Notes under the pieces: model-generated
The model's input: the letters and a program-made list of their open reading frames with translations, nothing else
Told to the model about the DNA's origin: nothing
The model's database searches: none
Shown here: piece by piece, positions 1 to 11,599 of the stretch
How the letters are laid out: the number at the start of each line of letters is the position of its first letter
How positions within the stretch are numbered: position 1 is the stretch's first letter
Origin: Glycera tridactyla
Taxonomy: Eukaryota
Assembly: GCA_965644265.1 (NCBI GenBank)
Contig: OZ286464.1
Coordinates: forward strand, 91,388,001 to 91,452,000
Direction of reading: 5' to 3'
Length of the DNA stretch: 64,000 nt
Program-made: the position numbers and the translations under genes

Positions 1-699
1 TCAAGATGATTTATCGATCTGATTAACGACAATTTGAAGAAATGTAGCGATTACGTAATGGACATTTCGCCATACATTCGTTTTTGTTGCTGATTACAGA
101 AGCACACAGATACGACAGCTCAGTGATGTATAGCTGCACACAAATGCCTGTCAATCAACCTCTCTGGGCACGCCCACTTAGATGTTGACATGTTCATTAC
201 GTACCGAACCGGGACTACTTTTTCACACAGATAGTTCCGTGTATTGGGGCTAAATAACAGATGAAATATCAGACTCGCAGTGGAAAGGATCATATGAATG
301 GATTCCTCGACATCCATTTGTCTCATCTGTATGCATAAATCTCGAAAAATCCATGTTTTGGTCGATATAATCGTTTGTAGGGGTGTAAAGTAGTGCTCCT
401 TGTTCGCACCTCATTACCAGGTTTGATGGATCACTGCGCCGATTCATGAATGAGGTCGTAGATAGCGTGTTTGAAACCAGCCAATCAGAAAGCAGCAAAT
501 TCCTGAAGGAGGGCTTGTCACTTATCCCTAGATTCTCACCGGAGATCACTCAGAGCAGCTTTGCGCTCTTGTTCTATTCAATTTGATTCAAAAATCTTCG
601 TTCAAGTATCATACTCAATGCAGTTGGTCAGATTGGCTTTTTCCAGCTCGAAAGGTGATGGTTTAGTACTAGAGTGACTTGTGTAACACTATTTACAAC

Positions 700-1290
700 A
701 AAGAAGGTTGACTGATGAATACAGAATTGGTGATCGAATACAATTACGAAATAATCGTCCAGTCAAAAGGGAGATATTGGCCTTCATAAACAGCTAATAT
801 AGGTGAACTAAGAGATACAGAATGGCTGATTAACGTCAAAGTAGATACGGGATAATGGTCTAGCACAAAGTGACTTACGTTACATTATAAACAACATAGG
901 AGGTAGACCAATGAATACGGAATTGATGATCGAATACAAACCGGATAGACTTTTCCAGCAACTATGAGATAATGGTTCAGCACAAAAAGAACATATGTGA
1001 CACCATATATAGCAAACATAGGTAGACTGAAAGATACAATATGAAGAATCAGATACAGTTGGGATCGGCTGTTTCCAGGACACACGGAATAATGGATCAG
1101 TACTAGAAAAAAACATAACTGACACTTCATACATCAGGGATAGAAAGATGATGAATAATTTGATACAAATCGGATCTTCTTTATTCGGCATAAACGAGAT
1201 GATTGTACAAAAAGGACATATATGACACCATATACAGCGAACATAGGTAGACTGATATATACAGAAATAATGATCAATTACGAATACACT
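700..1290. repeat. Highly diverged tandem repeat, about 95-120 bp units (about 6 copies; best match between copies about 225 bp apart)
   Basis: The motif (AT)AGGTAGACTGA..GATACAGAA recurs near 703, 798, 897, 1018, 1136 and 1243. GACACCATATA(T/C)AGC(A/G)AACATAGGTAGACTGA occurs at about 1000 and about 1225. Confidence 0.6.
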
Positions 1291-1335
1291 CACACACATG
1301 TATATCTGAACAAATGAATGAACACATTAAGTCTA

Positions 1336-1338
<3 letters not shown>

Positions 1339-1400
<62 letters not shown>
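1339..1400. repeat. (CA)n microsatellite
   Basis: Pure CA run of about 31 units. Confidence 0.98.
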
Positions 1401-1403
<3 letters not shown>

Positions 1404-1405
<2 letters not shown>

Positions 1406-1856
1406 TTGCTCCGACAATTACTCGATTATATCGATTAGGCATCATTGAGAGGTACCGTCCGATTAATCGGTCATGAAAATTGATAATCGATCAAAATATT
1501 TATGATGTTCTCGTACATTTATGGAATAACTTCAGATGATATCATCAATATCAGCATATATGCGTCATCGTGAGAACGTCCAAATTCGATGCAGAAATTT
1601 TCCAAGCTCACAGATTAAAAGAAAAACGAATGTAGAAGTGTATTGGTCAGTATGGGGACATTATTTGACGCAAGTTTGATGATTTGTCAAAAAAGTTATT
1701 ACCCTCAGATATGGGTACAAAGTTATGATTTCATAGAAAATCTTCAGCATTGTGAGGTCAGCCAGGTCAGTCTTGACTCCGATTATTTGATTGATAATCA
1801 ATCGCTGCTGGGTCCGATTAATCGATCATCATTTTTGCAACCGAGTCCGAGCACTA
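1404..1856. mobile_element. Putative MITE / non-autonomous DNA transposon (about 453 bp) lying between two (CA)n tracts
   Basis: Imperfect TIR: TATTGCTCCGAC at 1404 versus GTCCGAGCACTA ending at 1856 (10/12 complementary). Subterminal palindromic CGATTAATCG motifs occur at both ends (about 1450 and 1815). No clean TSD. Confidence 0.5.
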
Positions 1857-1858
1857 TA

Positions 1859-1889
1859 ACACACACTCACCCACCCACACATACACACA

Positions 1890-1932
<43 letters not shown>
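1859..1932. repeat. Interrupted (CA)n microsatellite
   Basis: CA run with a few interruptions. Confidence 0.97.
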
Positions 1933-1936
<4 letters not shown>

Positions 1937-2532
1937 ATAGCCTGGAAAATGAACATACACGGGCACTTGTGTCCACATTGGTACAGATTGATGTTCAGAT
2001 ACAATCAGTTATATCAGTTTATATGGTACTATAACCACGGGATGGTTAGGAAGAATGTCCATCTTATGGACATTTTATTGGGGACTCAGGACACAAGGTC
2101 CAATGAAAAACTATTAGCCACGGGCAATATAAGATGGAGTCATAAATATTGTACAGCGTTTTTCTATCTTTAATGCATGAGCGAGAAACGGCATTATTAT
2201 CCCAGACAATTTCTCCAGCATCTACAATGGGGATGGATTACCTGGGAATCTAAACAGTTGAGGTTGTCATGGAGACGGCACGAGGACAACATTAAAATTC
2301 ATGCCATATCTCACAATAAGGAAAATGAAGGTTCGAAAACAAAAGAAATCGGATGATTTCAGATGCACTTCAGTGGTATATTGTAAAATATGATTTCATT
2401 TTCTCCCATCTTGTTTATCATACTATGAGATGCATTCCATTATACAGTATTCACAAATGAGCAATTGAATCGGCGTCTTCTACCATTCATCTGTTCTAGC
2501 TTATCCCTGCTTATTGTCAAGATCATTGATGA

Positions 2533-3197
2533 CTGCCCACTGTACTGATTACATATGTATGGCAAATGACTTAATGGGTATTTCATGCACAATGGGATGT
2601 GGATGTTACCGTATCCTGCCCACTGTACTGATTACATATGTATGGCAAATAACTTAATAGGTATTTCATGCACAATGGGATGTGGATGTTACCGTATCCT
2701 GCCCACTGTACTGATTACATATCTATAACAGATGACTTAATGGGTATTTCATGCACAATGGGATGTGGATGTTACCGTATCCTGCCCACTGTACTGATTA
2801 CATATGTATGGCAAATAACTTAATAGGTATTTCATGCACAATGGGATGTGGATGTTACCGTATCCTGCCCACTGTACTGATTACATATCTATAACAGATG
2901 ACTTAATGGGTATTTCATGCACAATGGGATGTGGATGTTACCGTATCCTGCCCACTGTACTGATTACATATGTATGGCAAATAACTTAATAGGTATTTCA
3001 TGCACAATGGGATGTGGATGTTACCGTATCCTGCCCACTGTACTGATTACATATGTATGGCAAATAACTTAATGGGTATTTCATGCACAATGGGATGTGG
3101 ATGTTACCGTATCCTGCCCACTGTATTGATTACATATCTATAACAGATGACTTAATGGGTATTTCATGCACAATGGGATGTGGATGTTACCGTATCC
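2533..3197. repeat. Minisatellite, 83-bp unit x8
   Basis: CTGCCCACTGTACTGATTAC... restarts at 2533, 2616 and 2699 (period 83). Two alternating unit variants. Confidence 0.97.
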
Positions 3198-3625
3198 TCC
3201 TTTCTTATCGAGTGATTCATGTCTGTCGCTAGGCAAACCTGACATATTGAGTGATGTGTTGAATGTTTGCTATATCATTTGAAGCAGCATCAGTCGGGCG
3301 ATTGTCCGGCAAGTGGACGTGATGGATACTCGATCATGTCTGGTGAACCATACTGGATTATTGATGAAGGCTCATGATAAGCTTGTCTGATGGATGTCAT
3401 TGTCGAATTAGAGCTGATCTATGTTATAGCTGCCTTATCCTGCATCATAATAATTGACAGCTTTATCTTTTTTATATAATGGGACTACATGCGATACATC
3501 ATTCATGTTAACTACACCAAACCACTTTCTCCATTTGGGAGACGCGCCACCTAATTCACTTTGCGGACTCACCTTGCCATATATGGTATGATTTTTACTT
3601 CACAGACTATACCTTTTTCACGCGA

Positions 3626-3850
3626 GGATTCAAAAAGGATTCAAAAACTTTTATGTTGGCGATTAGCAAGAATCCTCCTTTCCGTTCCAAACACATGACA
3701 CAATACGTAATAGAATAATCGCAATACCAAATACTCACATATTACATTCACATAAATAATTATATCACAGTGTTAGAAAATAGCACAACACCTATCAAAT
3801 AACCATTACAAAACCCTGTGGAAATGCACCAGTGAATGCAATGAGATATA
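3626..3850 (-). mobile_element. Old 3'-end remnant of a LINE related to the copy at 22411-23810
   Basis: (GGATTCAAAAA)2 at 3626-3647 matches the tail of the LINE at 22411-22430, with weak similarity of the adjacent AT-rich 3' UTR. The inner boundary is approximate. Confidence 0.4.
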
Positions 3851-4489
3851 AAAAGTATGAGACCGAAATGGAAAACATATCAACGTAGGGATGAGATATG
3901 GAATGACACGAGAGAATATGATTGAAAATTAAATGAAGTTAGAGGGTTTTAAGTTATGGAGTGATGAAATATAATCCTAACTACATGATTACATCGATGT
4001 TAACACCATGTATGAGAATGGAAATGTGATCTATTCAGGTGGATTCCTGTCTAGAGCACAGATCCAAGTCTGCCTGCTTTCAAACCCGGAATGACACCCG
4101 CCCATACATTTTCACCCACCAACTTGGAGCGAAAAGCAGGGATCTTGAATGATCCCACCAGTGCATATCACGCAGACATTTCAATAGCTCAACTGCTGCT
4201 TATGGTGAAGTGATACATCCGCCATCCAACCGAGTCATTGTTGGCTCGATGTACTCATGGCTGCAGCGTCTGTATCAGGATAGATTATCGATGCCATATC
4301 CCTCAATCTTGCCGCTGACAGAATATTCATGGGATGACGGTAATTGCACTCATAATCCCAATCATACAAATGACTACAATATTCTCCTCCCCATTGATGT
4401 GCCGCAGTTGCATGCAGTCAGCATTCCAGAATATGTAGTATGGTGGAAAAGGCAGCAATGACATGTCTTCTCTCATCACGAAATGATGA

Positions 4490-4625
4490 GACAAAAGAAA
4501 ATCAGATAAAAGGAAAGATGAAACAAAATGAGATGATATGGTGTGAGATGGGGTAGGATGAGATGAGATAAGATATGACTGAAATGAGATAAAATAGAAT
4601 AGGACTGAATACGATAACATATGAT
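4490..4625. repeat. Degenerate pentamer repeat (AGATG/AGATA-like)
   Basis: ATGAG ATGAT ATGGT GTGAG ATGGG GTAGG ATGAG ATGAG ATAAG... Confidence 0.75.
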
Positions 4626-4657
4626 AAGTTGGAACAATGTATGGCCATGACCGTAAG

Positions 4658-5090
4658 CAATGGGGTAAGTTGGTCACGGAGCATGACAGACGCCTCCCCA
4701 CAATGGGGTAAGTTGGTCACGGAGCATGACAGACCCCTCCCCACAATGGGGTAAGTTGGTCACGAAGCATGACAGACCCCACCCCACAATGGGATAAGTT
4801 GGTCACGGAGCATGACAGACGCCTCCCCACAATGGGGTAAGTTGGTCACGGAGCATGACAGACCCCTCCCCACAATGGGGTAAGTTGGTCACGGAGCATG
4901 ACAGACCCCTCTCCACAATGGGATACGTTGGTCACGAAGCATGACAGACCCCACCCCACAATGGGGTAAGTTGGTCACGGAGCATGACAGACGCCTCCCC
5001 ACAATGGGATAAGTTGGTCACGAAGCATGACAGACCCCTCCCCACAATGGGGTAAGTTGGTCACAGAGCATGACAGACCCCTCCACACAA
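4658..5090. repeat. Minisatellite, 43-bp unit x10
   Basis: CAATGGGGTAAGTTGGTCACGGAGCATGACAGACCCCTCCCCA restarts at 4658 and 4701 and onward. Confidence 0.97.
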
Positions 5091-6854
5091 CAAAGTCTCA
5101 TACTTGAAAAAGGCCTGCTGGGTGATGTACTTGAGAAGTCAAGTGAACCTGGTAAGGGAAGCTGATTGTTAACCCCAACATTACATCATACATACAATCA
5201 CACAGATTAATTTGCGGGTAATTGTTATAATTGAAAGACGACGAGCACTGGCTCCTTCATGTTTGACGAAATTCTGACAGAATATGACATCATTCAATCA
5301 ACTCGTGACCGGCTGTCCCAGGATGACGTTGGTATCACGTCACCATGAAGTCATTCAATACATGCTCACAGGCTGATGGGTCATAAAGACTACTTATATC
5401 ATGTACATGAGAAGACTGATCATAACATACCCGCCCTCAGAGATCACTCGGTCGCAACCGGAAGTGATATCTGTAGACTGGTGAGATGCCTTGCCTACAG
5501 CCCCCCCCCCCCCGCCCCCACTTCATGAGCCGACTCATTCTGGTCACGTATCATGCCTGTTATCTTTGTAATGGAGTTCACGATACAAGTCAAGCTATCA
5601 TTGAGAACCTGACCTACTTTAGTCATGGATTAACTGAGAAATTGTTTTAATGGAATTCACGATACCAGCAAATCCATCCATCTGAAGTTGACCTGGATAA
5701 ATGATACACGTTATCTGAGATGCCTCGACATGGTTATGGCATCATCTTACTCAGCGACCACTCGTTGATTATCATGCCTCACCATAAGATGAGTTAATGA
5801 GACGTTCCTCGCGATGCCCATTTATATACCCACCATTCGTATGATTTGATTGTTATGAAATTGTTATGAGATTTCCGCCTCACTGGAGTGAATCCATTCA
5901 AGCAGTCATTCTAATCTGATCGAGATACACTGGAGGCAATTAAGGATATAGTTCATGGAATTTCAGGAGCAGTATTTTGCCATTTATGCGGGAATTCAAG
6001 CAATCGACATCTACATATGTTCTCAAATGTTTAGAATTCCTGTGCAGTTTTATCTGGATAGGTTGCCCTTGAGTATAAGGATGCTTTATTCTTGACCCAC
6101 TCTTGTAAAATTCAACCATATTAGAGAATCTACCAAACACCTCTCAAGTCACACGTGACCCTGGAAATACTCGGCTTTCAAGTAACCCATCATTTCAACA
6201 GTGTAAATGTCTAGCTTGCCTTTGTAACTATGTATGTATGATGAAAACTGACGTGTTCCTATCCTCTCACACGACCTTTCATCTGTATACAAGAGTAGGT
6301 CAGATGTGGTGATATATTGCTTCATGATAACTCGTTCCGTAAATAATACAGACGTAATTTGTGTGATGTGCTTGACTGAGCTGCAGTTTCACACCTTTTA
6401 GGAGTGAACAAGATAGCCGACGAGTGGAGAAAAAGTAATAAGGTTGAAATGATATGACATTTAACTTGCTGCATAACGAGGTAGGCGGGTCTTGCAAAAA
6501 GTGACACAAACAAGTGAACATGTATGTCGATTCGTGGGTACCCTTCGTTTTGTCGTTTATCATTCATCGGATTGGCGAGATATGGATTTTCTGCTCCCCT
6601 GATAGTTTATATTTCAGCATATTTGCAAGAAGTCGATGAGTGTGGTCTGACATGTCGATGAGTGATCAATGATAAAGAGATCAGAACCGAGCATCATCAT
6701 CCTCTTGACTAAGCAAATGTGTGTCCTGGGACAAATCACAAATTGACAAATCGATATCCTGTCATTTTGTCGATATCAACCTCCGAAACTTGAAGATTTT
6801 TGTCAATGCCTTGGCTCAAATGACTGTGACTGTCCCACTTGATGGTTCGTTGTC

Positions 6855-6905
6855 TGTTTGGGTTTAACGTCGTCTCGACCTCCTGAGATCATATCGAGCT
6901 GAACA
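6855..6905 (-). mobile_element. Decayed short interspersed repeat (probable SINE/LINE 3' tail, reverse orientation), family shared with 50135 and 52693
   Basis: TGTTTGGGTTTAACGTCGTCTCGACC...ATATCGAGCTGAA aligns with TGTTTGGGTTTGACGTCTTTTCAACC...ATATAAGACTGAA at 52693. Confidence 0.5.
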
Positions 6906-6999
6906 TATTGGAGAAAGAGACATTACTTTCTATGGCGGAATTCCATTAGTCTTTGGGAAAGACAGCAATGTTTCTTCCACGTGCATACAGGAGTAGACT

Positions 7000-7083
7000 A
7001 TCATACACCAGATCATACACGAGATCTTACACGAGATCATACACGAGATCATACACGAGATCATACACGAGATCGTACACGAT
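7000..7083. repeat. 12-bp tandem repeat (GATCATACACGA) x about 7
   Basis: Direct reading of the sequence. Confidence 0.92.
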
Positions 7084-8404
7084 ATAATATCATTTGTGGT
7101 CTTCAATTTTAGTGATGAATCCTCTTTATCCGATTATGATACGCCTCAATGCACAAAACCAGAGGTTCAGAGGAAGTCTGAGCATGTGGATCCCAAGGAT
7201 CATTTACTCTCTTCTCTCAATTTCGATAAACTTTCAAGTAATTCAGAGTTGTATCAGGGAATACATTCGACCTCAAGTTTGGAACAAATACTTGTACATG
7301 TCATAGTGGTATCTGCTATATCATAATTTTCCGGGATATCAAAAGAAGTACGGTCAGAAGTACCCTCGGCATCATTTCAAACATGACCACGTGTACTGTG
7401 TGATGTTACAACTGCAAATTAGCACTGTATCAGTCCGTATTGTATATACCATTTATGTATCATAACTTACCTTGTATGTTTTATGCGTGTATTTAACCTA
7501 TTGTTTTCAGTCTTGTTGTATATATGTTTGATCGAAATGAGCACTTAGCCCATCGCCTAAATAAATATATATGGAGCCTTCTGAAGCATACTGGTATCTG
7601 ATACCCATCCATAGACTTGACCTCAATTTATTAATTCAATGACAACTGCGCATTCACTTGAAATCAAACTTGCGATAACTGAATAGTGACAGTTATCTGA
7701 TTAGTATTCGAAAATAATATCACTGGAATTTCTAATGACTGACAATACTATATTCGTTATCGCGCGAATGAAACAGTTGTCAATGGTGTTTTTGAACATA
7801 TGTCTCTTGATAAACAGGCCAGAGTTGACATTTTGCAATCACGATCGATGGTGGTAGGGCTCAACCGGATTATGTTCTGGTTTGTGCAGTATTAGTTGAT
7901 AAGCTGGTGGGATTAGCCAGCAGGACACAGTATAACACAGGATGTCTGCAGCAGGCAGGTCGAGAGCAGCATCGTGGGGGGGGGGCTGTTGGTGGGAATA
8001 TCATTACATGGGTTTGTCACAAAACGGTGACAAATGACCCAAGACGCAGCGACCCTCCTGAACGTTCAGTCTATCAGCGGTAACTATAAAAGAAATTCAG
8101 TTCGACTGTTCTTGTTTCCGAGTTAATTCAACCATCTCACCATTTGGCAGTTCCACAATTTGATACCTTACTACTTCTATTCTGATGGAACTGGATTGGC
8201 ACATTTCTCTCATAACGGGCAGTTTTCTCCGCCATAGTGAATATATTCACCAAAAATCAACCCAAAGGTCAGGATCAATGTCGTACATTGGATAGTTCGT
8301 TATTTGTTTTACGTCCCCTGTGCGCCATCTTGGCGATATTGAGACGCCCTTGTCAGCGGCCTTGGTGGTTTTATTCAGAACCACTTTTTTTCCTGATCTC
8401 GAAC

Positions 8405-8538
8405 NNNNNNNNNNNNNNNNNNNNNNNNNNNNNNNNNNNNNNNNNNNNNNNNNNNNNNNNNNNNNNNNNNNNNNNNNNNNNNNNNNNNNNNNNNNNNNNN
8501 NNNNNNNNNNNNNNNNNNNNNNNNNNNNNNNNNNNNNN
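8405..8538. other. Assembly gap (N run)
   Basis: Run of N. Confidence 1.
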
Positions 8539-8584
8539 ACACACACCAAGACAAACACAAACATCCCTCCCCCCACACACACAG

Positions 8585-8633
<49 letters not shown>

Positions 8634-8725
8634 CACACACCCAGACACATACAAATTCACACACACTCACTCACAAACACACACCAAGACACACACAAAC
8701 TCATAAAAGAACACGCACACACACT
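8539..8725. repeat. (CA)n-rich degenerate microsatellite
   Basis: CA-rich tract adjoining the gap. Confidence 0.93.
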
Positions 8726-9653
8726 CGAGGTGTCATCTCCTGCTACATGTCTTAGTCGCTGGATCTGGATGCAGCATAATCAGGAGAAAATAATGCAGGT
8801 GTAAGAGGCACTTTTCAGACCGTTGATATCGAGCACGTTCGACGATACCTACGTTTGAGATGGATTCATTGGTGGCGCTCTCATCGTTCGTTAGTCAAGG
8901 CGCATGAACTATTGCATGAACCATTACGCTGATTACACTGATTAATATGGAGAAAGGTGGCACGCATGCTGCGAATGACCCACCATGTACCCCCCCCCCC
9001 ATCCTCCTAATCTGGAAAAGAAGGTATGTTCTCAGCCCGAAGCGACATATCAAGAGATCGTGCATCAATAATGTTGATTGGATTGAACGGATGGATATCT
9101 ATACAAGATACGAATTCGATGTGTGATACAATTCGAACCAATGATGTTCCGCAGCTGAGCTACAAGTGTGTATACGGCCACTCGTGCTGCCCCGGGGGCA
9201 GCTACAAGCCGTGTACGGTCACCACGTACACGGCACGAGACGTATTCTGAATTTATCATTCGATCTCACCAAAAGTATCACAAAATGCGATTTGAAAGAC
9301 TTGAAATCCCGCCGAAAATCCCGCCGAAAAATCTCGGTTCGAGCGCCCTGTCAATCAAATCTTCTGGCCACGCCCACTTCGTTGTTGACATGTATTCTTG
9401 CGCGGCGTGATCTGGCCTCATCACTCATGCTCTCCGCGTCTATTATACTGACTGGGCATGACCTGAATTCAAAACAAATCATTTTTGCAACTTATAATAC
9501 ATAGTTATTTATTACTACATCAATAATAACGATAAATGGACGCAGTACATCACCAACAGTACGAAAATATTCAAATACTGGGGTTCAGAAGCGAGGAACT
9601 CTTTCACCATCATGTTAGAACACAACAGAACGTTGGGGGTAAACCGGCTAATT

Positions 9654-11527
9654 TTACTCCATGGTCACTTCGCCATCCGTCACCGCGGTGGAAGGAGCTC
9701 CGGCCAGTTGAGAGGATTGTGGCCCTGGCACAGTGATGTTGAACGTTCCTCCATGAATTACCACTCCAGCAAACAGGCCGGAGATGTTAGTACCCATGGA
9801 GGATACGGTTTGAGTGTGGCGGCAGACATTCATTGCACTGGATACTGTTGAACTAGGATTTGTTGGTGCAGCCGGTAACGCGAGTGACATGTTTTGCTGC
9901 AACGAGGTGAGTGCAGGTATGGCAGGCGTGCGTGTGGGCGTGTGTGTTACTGGTATTCTTTGTAAAATGTGAGACATCTCTCGTTGCTGAGCCCCGGGAA
10001 CCACCGCGTGATGGTTAATACTTGCGACATTCCTATGCCCACTATACTGTGCGATCTTTGTCGCCTCCACTCCTTCATGCAACAGTTTGGTTATTCCCCT
10101 CTTACGAACAGAATGGTTTGTGTATGTAACTGGTGTGTGTGCCTGTTCACACATGCTCTTCATCATACTTCCAATTGTATGCTGGCCCAAGGGTTGGGAT
10201 TTGTACCAAACTCTAGCATCATTCAATGGCTGGGGGTTGTCTGGAGTGTATAGTTTGGGGATGAGATTGTGGTTCACACCTATATAAAATGGAGAATCTG
10301 CTGCCATCATGCTCTCTGGTCTCTGAGACCTGTACAACTTGTAAGCTTTAATCATGCACCTTGATTCATTTGCAATGTTCGGATATATCGTAGGGACGAA
10401 GTCACGAGAGTCTGTTGCATCCTGTCTAGTTTTTGAGAGCCTCTCACGCCATCTCAAAACCTCTTCAACTTTGCCATTTTCCCTCACAACCTTGTTTAAA
10501 CTCACATCACCCCAACACATCTACCCGCTCTCATGACTCCCCCTTAAGCCTAGAAGTTCAGTATTCTGATACCACAGCATATTCAACAAGGACAACGCAC
10601 TGTGCATACCCATCACACCCTGATCCCATAACATGTTTACAGTTTGATCATCTATGGCAAGTGCACGATGAGGTTTATCCCCCAAGGCCTTACTCTTCAA
10701 TTATTTTCTTTTGGCAGCCAGGACTTGGCGACTGGTATGGAACTCGATGTCTTTAACAATACATTTCTCATACCCAGAATCTCTCAAATATCGCGAAATT
10801 GATCTATGAAACGAGCTAAGAGAGACAGGCTCATAGTCACTGCCATCTGGTTTTTTCAATGACAACATCCAGGCCCCGATGTACGTATCCAGCTGTTTTG
10901 GCTCGAGATTTATTCTATCACATGTGAGTCCTATTCACTGCCTAACCACGTTCGGAACTTGAACATAGTGCTATCTGTCTTACGTCTGGTGGAGGGATTC
11001 GCTTGTTGGGCTATGAACTGGCGCAATTCCGATTGCCCAGCATCTCCGGAGGGACCCGGGAGAGGCTCCTCAAGCTGCCCGGCAGTTTCACTGCTCCCCA
11101 CGGTCTCTGCTTCCGTCAACACAGCCGGGACGGTTTCACGATACCCCGCGACTGCTGAATCCGCAGACTGGCCTTCAGCAACATAATCCAGCACCACAAA
11201 CCAGCACCACAAACTGGTCTCCATCGAACTCGATGCTGACATCGCCTTCTGTGAACACACAGACAAATTTCAGGCTTTATCCACGGTTCCGCACAGTTTC
11301 ATGGCAACAGAATGCAATGAATGGCAGCAGCCGGCTGCTGGCAGACGTCTCAGAAATAAACATAATTCCGCGGACGCCTTAGACGGCTGTTTTCAAATCG
11401 AAAATCGATGATAACAATCACTATACAAAAATACTTTTGCATATTTACCTAGTCGTTCGCCTTTGTTGTCGATAAGTACGTCAAAAACCACCGGGTCAAG
11501 CGACAAATTGAAATGCGAGGCCATCAT
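9654..11527 (-). pseudogene. Crypton tyrosine recombinase / DUF3504 (ZMYM-, KCTD1-, QRICH1-related) pseudogene with two exons (11449-11527 and 9654-11248)
   Basis: Reconstructed peptide contains RQFIAQQANPSTRRKT, LDTYIGAWMLSLKKPDGSDYEPVSL, KALGDKP, LLGLRG, WRERLSKTRQ, WYKSQPLGQHTI, YTNHSVRK and SGHRNVASINH, the hallmark Crypton motifs. Lesions: 13-bp duplication (11188-11213), TAG at 10931-10933, a frameshift near 10910, TAA at 10701-10703 and TAG at 10521-10523. Confidence 0.92.
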
Positions 11528-11599
11528 GCAGACGGCAACATAAACATGACCTAATTCCGTGACCTGACCTAGATACAAGGTCAATGGTGAGTGTTTATT

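Noticed and set aside
250-549. 99-aa minus-strand ORF with faint resemblance to LINE RT (SFMNRRS...NL...MDFSR)
   Set aside because: Spacing and key residues (GF, DFSKAFD) are not preserved and no adjoining RT motifs are present; the similarity could be chance.
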